Assembly (NCBI GenBank): GCA_964392435.1
Contig: CAYMOY010000002.1
Span: forward strand, 247,261 to 311,260
Direction: 5' to 3'
DNA length: 64,000 nt
Source of the DNA: Candidatus Micrarchaeota archaeon
GTDB lineage: Archaea > Micrarchaeota > Micrarchaeia > Anstonellales > Anstonellaceae
A model generated the notes under the pieces. The model did not search any database. It saw only the letters and a list, made by a program, of their open reading frames with translations, and was not told the origin of the DNA. Numbering within the stretch: position 1 is the stretch's first letter; each line of letters opens with the position of its first letter. Position numbers and translations under genes: made by a program. Shown here piece after piece: positions 1 through 7,168 of this stretch.

Positions 1-765
1 GATTGGGATGTTGTGCGCCACCCAAAGCTTAAGGGTTTCATGCTCCACATCGGAAGAAAAAGCCGCTTTTCTTGCCTCAGAGTATTTTTCAGATTTGAGT
101 ATGGCGCGCAGGACCTCGAACACGTTTTGTTGCGAGTCCCGGGAGGAAAACGCATTTTTGCCCTGCAGGTCGTTGAGGGCTGCGCGCACGTCGCCGCCCG
201 CGCCAATGGCAATCCGTTCCAGCTGCTCCTGCGAAAGCGCGCTGCCCCCCACCTGCGCAAGATAGCGCAAAAGCTTGGTTATGCTTGCCTGATGCACGCG
301 GCGCAGCGAGATATGCTGGCAGCGGGCGCGGATTGCCTGCAGCTTCTTATCATAATAGTCAAGCGCGGTTATGAGAACCGGCTGTTTGGCGGATTCGAGA
401 ACCGAGGAAATCGCGCCCGCCCCCCCGCGGTCGTTTTTGCCGGAAAGGGCATCCGCATCATCGATGAGAATCAGGCGGCGGTTGCCGAAAAGCGAACCGG
501 ATGAAGACGCGTTTGCCAAAAGGGAGGCAACCGCCCCCTCATCCCGCAAATCAGAGGCGTTGAACTCGAACAGCTCCCAGCCAAATTCGCTTGATAGCGC
601 ATAAGCCAGGGCGGTCTTGCCAATACCAGGCGGCCCGCAGGCAAGAAGGGGCGCTTGGGGCTTGCCCTGCTGCCAATCCTCAGCCCACTGCCTTGCTGCC
701 GAAAATGCCTCGGCGTTGCCCAGCAGGTCAGATACCTTCGATGGCTTTTTATGAGATAGAATCAT
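1..765 (-). CDS. rfcL: Replication factor C large subunit (runs off window start)
   Basis: Manual translation from ATG at 765: MILSHKKPSKVSDLLGN...LLACGPPGIGKTALAYALSSEFGWELFEFNASDLRD, i.e. Walker A plus RFC box ExNASD. Absent from the ORF track because it is truncated. Confidence 0.9.
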   Translation of the reverse strand, partial: MILSHKKPSKVSDLLGNAEAFSAARQWAEDWQQGKPQAPLLACGPPGIGKTALAYALSSEFGWELFEFNASDLRDEGAVASLLANASSSGSLFGNRRLILIDDADALSGKNDRGGAGAISSVLESAKQPVLITALDYYDKKLQAIRARCQHISLRRVHQASITKLLRYLAQVGGSALSQEQLERIAIGAGGDVRAALNDLQGKNAFSSRDSQQNVFEVLRAILKSEKYSEARKAAFSSDVEHETLKLWVAHNIPI

Positions 766-882
766 CGGTAAAATTGCTGTGTGAGAATTTAAGAGGCTGT
801 TGATGGCAAGGAACGCGTGGAGCCGCAGCCTGTTTTGAATTGGCGGGCACCCATTTTAAACAAATAGCCCCTTTGTTAAACC

Positions 883-2046
883 ATGCTTATCGGGGTGGTG
901 GGGGCGCCCAACAAGGGCAAGAGCACTTTCTTTTCAGCAGCAACGCTGGTGGACGCGCAAATCGCCAATTACCCTTTCACCACAATCAACCCGAACAGGG
1001 GGGTCACCTATGTCCGCTGCCCCTGCCCGCACAAGGAGCTGGGATTGCCAAAATGCGACCCGAAAAACAGCAAATGCGTCGATGGCACCCGGCTGGTGCC
1101 CATAAATATGATAGATGTTGCGGGATTGGTCCCAGGCGCCCATGAAGGCAAGGGGCTGGGCAACAAATTCTTGGATAATTTGCGGGAGGCAGACGCGCTG
1201 ATACAGGTGGTGGATGGGACCGGAAGAACCGACCTCCAGGGGAATCCTTGTGACGCGCAGGACCCGATGGCTGAACTTGCCTTTCTCAAAGATGAAATTG
1301 CCTGGTGGCTAACCGAGATAATGCTGCGCGGGGATGGGAAGGGCGGGGCGCATGAAATCGCCAAGCGCCTCAGCGGATTGAAGATAACTGAGTTGATGCT
1401 GCTGCATTCGGCGGAGGAGTGCGGGTTGGACATCACCAATGGCATGCCCGATAATGACGAGGCTGTGAGATTGGCACGCGCTGTGCTTGAGAGGCGCATG
1501 CCGATTGTTGTGGCGTTCAACAAGATAGACGCCCCTGAAGCGCAGGGGAGATACGAGCAAGCAAGGGCAGTCGCAGGCAGGATGGCTGGAGAAATCTTCC
1601 CATGCAGCGCCGCAGTGGAGCTTGCCTTGCGCAAGGCAGCCGAGCATAAATTGATAAATTACTCCCCTGGCGCAAAGAAATTTGACGTTGTTGGTTCGCC
1701 AGACGAACGGCAGGCGGAAGCTCTTGGCAAGATGGGAAGGCTTCTTTCCGGCAATGGCGGAAGCGGTGTGCAGGAGATAATCGACTATGTGGTTTATCAG
1801 AAGCTTAGGGGTATAGTGGTTTACCCTGTTGAGGATGAGCACAAATTTTCCAACCACAATGGGGAGGTGCTGCCAGACGCTTTCCTGGTGCCATCAGGCA
1901 CCACTGCGATGCAGCTTGCTGGGATGGTTCACACAGACCTCGCCCACAGGTTCATTGGCGCTCTGGACGCCAAGCGGCGCAGGCGCATTGGGGCGGACCA
2001 CCAGGTGGAGAATGGAGATGTAATAAAAATAGTCGCGGGGAGATAA
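883..2046 (+). CDS. ychF: YchF/OLA1-family (Obg-like) NTPase, archaeal type
   Basis: GAPNKGKST, YPFTTINPN, DVAGLVPGAHEGKGLGNKFL, NKID; C-terminal TGS-like domain. Confidence 0.92.
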   Translation: MLIGVVGAPNKGKSTFFSAATLVDAQIANYPFTTINPNRGVTYVRCPCPHKELGLPKCDPKNSKCVDGTRLVPINMIDVAGLVPGAHEGKGLGNKFLDNLREADALIQVVDGTGRTDLQGNPCDAQDPMAELAFLKDEIAWWLTEIMLRGDGKGGAHEIAKRLSGLKITELMLLHSAEECGLDITNGMPDNDEAVRLARAVLERRMPIVVAFNKIDAPEAQGRYEQARAVAGRMAGEIFPCSAAVELALRKAAEHKLINYSPGAKKFDVVGSPDERQAEALGKMGRLLSGNGGSGVQEIIDYVVYQKLRGIVVYPVEDEHKFSNHNGEVLPDAFLVPSGTTAMQLAGMVHTDLAHRFIGALDAKRRRRIGADHQVENGDVIKIVAGR

Positions 2047-2104
2047 CCGAACGATAGAATTGCTGTTAAAAACTTGACGCATGCAGAAACAGGAGGGTGA
2101 GAAG

Positions 2105-3622
2105 ATGGATGAGGCGCCAAAGGGAAACAAATCTGATGTGAAACTTGTCGTTCTTACAGCGGCAGTAGTCCTATTGGCGTTGGTTGGCGCAGCTTATTAC
2201 ATGGGATATTTTGGGGGGCAGCCCCAACAGCCCGCGAAGCCAGCAACCGGGCAGGAAGCGACCCGGATTTTCCTTCTGGCTATGGACAAGGAATCCCAGT
2301 TGGGGGGCGCCCACCTTCAATACACTGATTTTGAAAATGGATTTTCCACCAGATATGAGCTTCGGACCGCCCAGAACAGCAGTTGGGTGGCAGAGACTGG
2401 GGATTATGGCTCTTTGGAGGCTTTCTTTGGGCAAAACAACTCCACTGATGCGATTTGCCTGACTTACCTGAATAAGACCAAATGCGCCAATGTTGGGGAA
2501 AGTGAATCTGTTGCCCAGATAGCCAGCAGGTTGAAGACACGGCTGCCCAGCGTAGAGGCAGCGGTTGCAAACAAGCGCCTGGTGGAAAGACTCATCGGCG
2601 CCGGCGCCATAAAGTTTTCAGATGACATTGCAAGCGAGCGGCTGGGCTCTTTCGAAACCAAGAGGGTTGTTTACAACCTAGACTACCGCAACCTCACCGT
2701 TCAGACGCTGATTTCAATTGGCATTTCCCCAAATGACCCGACCATTTACTCAATCACGAACTGGACCGTCACAAATTGGATAGATGAGAGGAGCGGCAGG
2801 CTTGTGAAGAGCGAAACCTGGTACAGCCAAAATGGGGCGCCATATTCATTCAGCAGGGTTTTCTCAGTCCTTGAGGAACCGGGGGGTGATATTCCGGCTG
2901 CGCCGCAAACCATGCTGTCTGCAAGCGCATTTTCCGCATTTTACCAAAGCGCTGAGGAGGATTATATGAAAAAGCGGGCCTGCCTAAATGGCCCTGTGGG
3001 CGAGAAAAGCACTTGCCTTAAGAGCCTGGCTGTTGAAAACGGGGACCCATCCGCCTGCGACCTGATTGCGGATGTGAGAGAGGCGGGGCTGTGCTTTTTG
3101 GTGGTGGCGCAGACCACCAAGAATGCGACACTTTGCCAAAAGGCTGGCTCGCTGGTAGATGATTGCTATATTGCAGTCGCTAGTGAGACTGGCGATGGGG
3201 AACTTTGCAAGAAATTGGAAAATTCGAGCCTTATTGCGAACTGCTATGAGGCAAAGCTTGTTGGCGAATTGGCCGCGGCTGAAAAGAAGGCTGAAAAAGA
3301 ACGCCTGCTCGCCGGGAGAAACTGCGAGGATGACAGCGGCTGCTATGTCGCAGGGGGCATGGGGCAGTATTGCGCGCCGAGCGCCAACAAAGGCCCGTTT
3401 GCAAACGAAACCGCGCTCCAATTCGCCTGCCTCAAAGGCGTGCCATGCGGCTGTGTTGACGGGTATTGCCGGTTTAAGACTTTTGAGAATGAAAACTACA
3501 CCTCTTGTATGGAGGAGGTTGAAGACAAGCTGACTGAGGACTTCATAAGAAAGATTGCCCAGGATGCTGAGGCGGCGCGGAAGGCTGCGAACCAGACCAA
3601 TAATTCAACTGCCGCCGGATAA
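2105..3622 (+). CDS. Membrane-anchored Cys-rich surface protein, unknown function
   Basis: N-terminal TM helix; about four C-x4-A-x7-C repeats; C-terminal Cys cluster (CEDDSGC...YCA...CLKGVPCGCVDGYC); SD-like GGAGGGTGA before ATG 2105. Confidence 0.75.
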   Translation: MDEAPKGNKSDVKLVVLTAAVVLLALVGAAYYMGYFGGQPQQPAKPATGQEATRIFLLAMDKESQLGGAHLQYTDFENGFSTRYELRTAQNSSWVAETGDYGSLEAFFGQNNSTDAICLTYLNKTKCANVGESESVAQIASRLKTRLPSVEAAVANKRLVERLIGAGAIKFSDDIASERLGSFETKRVVYNLDYRNLTVQTLISIGISPNDPTIYSITNWTVTNWIDERSGRLVKSETWYSQNGAPYSFSRVFSVLEEPGGDIPAAPQTMLSASAFSAFYQSAEEDYMKKRACLNGPVGEKSTCLKSLAVENGDPSACDLIADVREAGLCFLVVAQTTKNATLCQKAGSLVDDCYIAVASETGDGELCKKLENSSLIANCYEAKLVGELAAAEKKAEKERLLAGRNCEDDSGCYVAGGMGQYCAPSANKGPFANETALQFACLKGVPCGCVDGYCRFKTFENENYTSCMEEVEDKLTEDFIRKIAQDAEAARKAANQTNNSTAAG

Positions 3623-3630
3623 GAAGGATG

Positions 3631-3739
3631 CGGGCCCAGTGGGATTCGAACCCACGACACGTGGATTGCTCCGCCCAGAAACCGTTGCGCAAGGCTCTGT
3701 TTAAGAGTCCACTGCTCTACCAAGCTGAGCTATGGGCCC
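3631..3739 (-). tRNA. tRNA-Lys(CTT) with 35-nt intron at 37/38 (intron 3667-3701)
   Basis: GGGCCCATAGCTCAG...GTGGA-CTCTTA|intron|A-TCCAC...GGGTTCGAATCCC...TGGGCCCG; acceptor, anticodon and T stems pair; CCA not encoded. Confidence 0.93.
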
Positions 3740-3805
3740 GTGCTTTCTGCGTTATAGAGAGAAGGATATAAAAGTTCACCGCTCAAGGGAAACAAAGGTT
3801 GTGGG

Positions 3806-4798
3806 ATGGCAAGCGAAATTGAGATTAAAATCGCCAAATTGAACGCGCCAGTCTGCGCGAGGCTGGGCCGCCTTTTTTCAGGAGGGAGGCGGCCGTTTGA
3901 GGTTTACGGCCTGCTTTCAGAATTCCTTTCCATAAAGGGGAAACTGCTCAGGCCTGCGCTTTGCCTGGCAGCCTGCCAGGCGGTCGGCGGGCGGAAGGAA
4001 GAGGCTGTGCCCGCGGCTGCCGCGATTGAGATGTTCCATAATTTCACGTTAATCCATGATGATATTGAGGATTGCTCACGGCTTCGCCGGGGCAAGCCCT
4101 GCATGCATATAAAGTATGGTTTGCCCCTGGCCCTTAATGCGGGTGATGGCTTGTTCATGATGGTCTGGCAGGAGACCTTGCGCATCCGCGGAAAAAACAG
4201 GCAGCTTGCCCAAGAGCGGTTGTTGTCCGCGTTCACCAAGGTTTTGGAGGGGCAGGCGATAGAGTTGGGCTGGTATTGGAAGGATGATTGGGATGTTAGC
4301 GAGGAGGAATATTACCAGGTTGTTGGCGGTAAAACTGGCGCCCTCATGGCTGGGGCTTGTGAGGTTGGTGGGATTGTTGGTGGGGCGGATGAGAAACAGC
4401 GCAGGTTGCTGTATGAATTTGGGATGGGAATGGGGATTGGATTCCAAATGATGGATGATGCTCTTAACATCATTGGGGATGAAAAAAAATATGGGAAGGA
4501 AATTGGAGGGGATATTTTAGAGGGCAAGCGGACGCTGATCACCATCCGCGCCTTGCGCCGCCTTGAGGGCGGGCGCAGGACCCAATTGTCCAACCTATTA
4601 AAAAAGAGCAAAAAAACCAATGCTGATGTGAAATGGGTTGTTGCGCTCCTTAAGGAATCCGGCGCGGTGGAGGATGTTGTTGTTGAAGCGCGCGGGCGCA
4701 TATCAAAAGCGATAGGGCTGCTCGCACACCTGCGATTTGGGAAAACGCATGGTTTGCTGCTCGAGCTTGCGCATTACATAACTGAGCGCACCCGTTGA
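3806..4798 (+). CDS. idsA: Polyprenyl diphosphate synthase (GGPP synthase)
   Basis: GKLLRP, FTLIHDDIED..RRG first Asp-rich motif, GQAIE, KTG, FQMMDD. Confidence 0.9.
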   Translation: MASEIEIKIAKLNAPVCARLGRLFSGGRRPFEVYGLLSEFLSIKGKLLRPALCLAACQAVGGRKEEAVPAAAAIEMFHNFTLIHDDIEDCSRLRRGKPCMHIKYGLPLALNAGDGLFMMVWQETLRIRGKNRQLAQERLLSAFTKVLEGQAIELGWYWKDDWDVSEEEYYQVVGGKTGALMAGACEVGGIVGGADEKQRRLLYEFGMGMGIGFQMMDDALNIIGDEKKYGKEIGGDILEGKRTLITIRALRRLEGGRRTQLSNLLKKSKKTNADVKWVVALLKESGAVEDVVVEARGRISKAIGLLAHLRFGKTHGLLLELAHYITERTR

Positions 4799-4848
4799 GG
4801 TAAGTTTTTTAAATTAAAACCGAGATAGTTGGGCAAGGCAGCCAAAAG

Positions 4849-5121
4849 GTGATGTTTGTGGTAGTAAAAGTATCGAAAATATATGGTATGGACATTTACA
4901 CTGATGGGGGCAAGTTCCTTGGTCGGGTTCAGGAGATACTTCTCGACCTTGAGAAGGGGGAAATTGTGCGTTTGACAATGGAGCCCCTTAACTCTGTTTC
5001 CAAAGACGAGGCCAAGCGCATACTGCGGGATAAATCAGTCCTTTACAAGAGTGTGAAGTCTGTTGAGGATGTTGTGGTTGTCACTAGAGGGGCAGGCATG
5101 CCAGGCGGGCTTGAAGAGTAA
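4849..5121 (+). CDS. PRC-barrel domain protein (CdpB-like cell-division candidate)
   Basis: SKIYGMDIYTDGGKFLGRVQEILLD...VKSVEDVVVV single PRC-barrel pattern. Confidence 0.8.
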   Translation: MMFVVVKVSKIYGMDIYTDGGKFLGRVQEILLDLEKGEIVRLTMEPLNSVSKDEAKRILRDKSVLYKSVKSVEDVVVVTRGAGMPGGLEE

Positions 5122-5125
5122 CTAC

Positions 5126-5283
5126 ACCCCCTTTCTTCCACTAATATAGCAACTCTTTTTTTATTTTACCTCTTTTTTAGTTTTTTTTATGTTTTATTTT
5201 TATATTATTTGTAACCATAGTTACATAACAACAACAAACAATAAATCAAAAAAATAATATAATAATAGTGGAAGTTAGGGGGT
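5126..5283. other. AT-rich island bounded by inverted ORB-like motifs; candidate replication origin
   Basis: Left (rc) TAGTGGAAGAAAGGGGGT and right TAGTGGAAGTTAGGGGGT flank about 115 bp of very AT-rich DNA with central palindrome TGTAAC-CATA-GTTACA. Confidence 0.5.
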
Positions 5284-5320
5284 CTGGTGCAGGGCAGGCG
5301 CAAAAACAAAGCGGCTAAAA

Positions 5321-5395
5321 TAGCGGGAAGTGGATTTGAACCACTGATCTCTGGGTTATGAGCCCAGCGGGCACTCCAAACTACCCTATCCCGCT
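5321..5395 (-). tRNA. Initiator tRNA-Met(CAT)
   Basis: AGCGGGATAGGGTAG...CTGGG-CTCATAA-CCCAG...GGTTCAAATCC...TCCCGCTA; A1-U72 and three G-C pairs in the anticodon stem. Confidence 0.95.
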
Positions 5396-5439
5396 TCAGT
5401 CGGAATATAAGAAGACGGACTTAAAAGGCTTACGACGGC

Positions 5440-6051
5440 TCAACTCCTCTTGCGTTCGAAAAAAGTCATGTTCTCGCCACAATTATGGCATTTGAACTGC
5501 CGCTCGCTGGCCTCTTCAAAGGCAATTGGTTTGTTTGGGGTGCAGTTTGGGCAAACATAGGCATCTCCTTCCACAACCAAAACAGTTTCACCAGGGGCGT
5601 CCTCTCCAAAATCCCCCACAAACTCCTTCAACTTCCCATCACAAAGCTTCCAAATGTATGTATACCAACCACTATCCTTGTCGCGTACCCTGGTGTAGGT
5701 GAAAAAACCCTGGCTGTGCAGCCTGTTTAGCACCACGCGCACATCACTGGCCTTAACAGAGGTTTTCCTCGCAAGGTCTTCATCTGACATATCCTGGTCA
5801 AATTCCCTAATAACATCAATCGTGTTTTCTCCGCCCATCTCAATCAGTTTTTGCCTTGCCCGTGCATTTGCCAGAACCGCATATCTCACAGCTTTCGAGT
5901 AGGTCGCCTTGCGCACCATGATGTCTGGGTTCCCACCTACCCTAATGGATTTTTTTTTCGCCCCAGTTTTTTTTCCGGCAAAACCCGCGCGGTTCCTTTT
6001 CCCAAAACAAGCTCTTTTTTTTGGTGATTTTCGGGTTTTTGAGCTAGGCAT
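5440..6051 (-). CDS. tfe: Transcription factor E (TFE alpha) with basic N-terminal extension
   Basis: wHTH SDEDLA...DVRVVLNRLH...YTRVRDKDSGWYTYIW; zinc ribbon CPNC...FKCHNCG. Confidence 0.9.
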   Translation of the reverse strand: MPSSKTRKSPKKRACFGKRNRAGFAGKKTGAKKKSIRVGGNPDIMVRKATYSKAVRYAVLANARARQKLIEMGGENTIDVIREFDQDMSDEDLARKTSVKASDVRVVLNRLHSQGFFTYTRVRDKDSGWYTYIWKLCDGKLKEFVGDFGEDAPGETVLVVEGDAYVCPNCTPNKPIAFEEASERQFKCHNCGENMTFFERKRS

Positions 6052-6130
6052 CCAAAATCACAGCATTTTTCTGACCGACAGCTTATATATCTCTTCAGTA
6101 ACTTCCTACACGTTCAACAACCAAATAGCA

Positions 6131-6670
6131 CTATTTTTCAAATACCCGGCCGTTTCCAATCACTTTTTTCCCGCATTTGGTTGGCGCAATGCGGAGCTTC
6201 CCGCAAAAATCAAGGCGAAGCTCCTTGCCCCTATAATACCGGTCTAAGAAAAGCGCCAGCGCCCCCACTTCCGAGTGGGGCTGGGTTGTGACCGACAAAT
6301 TCCAATCCGCAAGCTCGTAAGCTTCCCGCGGCACTTTGCCCGCGCCAACAACCACAACGCAATTGTGCTTGGCAGCTTTTTTCGCGCCCTCCAAAAAATC
6401 CTCACCATACATTGTCAGATGGGCTATTTTCCAACCCATCCTCTTCCGCTCCTTGAGGAAACTCCGCCAATTCCCTTCGTATTTCAAATCAAATCTGCCC
6501 CCCCACAATTCCGACACGCGCCTCAAACCATCAATTACGGACAGGTCGCAGTCCCCGCACAAAATCCCCTCGCTCGCACCAAGCGCGCGGGCCACCAAAA
6601 AAACATGCGTGGTTATCCTCTGGTCCCGCCCCTGGCGGTGCCCCAACCGAAGCACACAGACTTTCCCCAT
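6131..6670 (-). CDS. trm56: tRNA (cytidine56-2'-O)-methyltransferase aTrm56
   Basis: VLRLGHR..RDQRITTHVFLVARALGA, HLTMYG, VGAGKVP, QPHSEV. Confidence 0.93.
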   Translation of the reverse strand: MGKVCVLRLGHRQGRDQRITTHVFLVARALGASEGILCGDCDLSVIDGLRRVSELWGGRFDLKYEGNWRSFLKERKRMGWKIAHLTMYGEDFLEGAKKAAKHNCVVVVGAGKVPREAYELADWNLSVTTQPHSEVGALALFLDRYYRGKELRLDFCGKLRIAPTKCGKKVIGNGRVFEK

Positions 6671-6720
6671 AGCCACAACAGGTGCGCTAGCCTTTAAAAT
6701 TCCCGCAGCAAAAAAGAGTT

Positions 6721-7113
6721 GTGAAAAAAATACTGGTGGACACGAACTTTTTGCTCATGCCCTACGAGTATGGTGTGGACCTGCCTGGGGAGCTTTTGCG
6801 CATAAGCAATGCGCCGTTTGCCTTGCAAATAGCCTCGGGCACGCTGCAGGAAATCCGCGCCCTTGCTGGCAAGACCGGCAGGAGGTCGGCCGCGGCCCGT
6901 TTCGTTCTGGGCAATTTGGGCAAAATCAAACAAAGGTTTGGCGTGGAGGAAATCCAGTCATCCGGGCCGGTCGACGATTGGATTATTAAATATTCTTCGG
7001 AAAACAAGGAAACCTGCGTCGCAACAAACGACATCCCTTTAAGGAAAAGGCTGCTGGCTTTGGGTGTGCCGGTGATTGCCATGAAAGGGAAATCCAAACT
7101 GGATTTTGTCTAG
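6721..7113 (+). CDS. PIN-domain nuclease (Fcf1/Utp24-like)
   Basis: ILVDTNFL, VDDWI, VATND..LRKRL...GVPVI. Confidence 0.85.
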   Translation: MKKILVDTNFLLMPYEYGVDLPGELLRISNAPFALQIASGTLQEIRALAGKTGRRSAAARFVLGNLGKIKQRFGVEEIQSSGPVDDWIIKYSSENKETCVATNDIPLRKRLLALGVPVIAMKGKSKLDFV

Positions 7114-7168
7114 TGGCGCAATAAGTTGGGGTGGTGTTTTGGTCGCAGCAAACTTGCCGGTAGATGTG

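Noticed and set aside
8..803. Plus-strand ORFs 8..265, 13..504, 371..604 and 591..803
   Set aside because: Antisense shadows of rfcL on the minus strand.
3631..5395. tRNA genes as integration sites of a mobile element
   Set aside because: No integrase and no duplicated tRNA 3' end (att site) found; the flanking genes are housekeeping.
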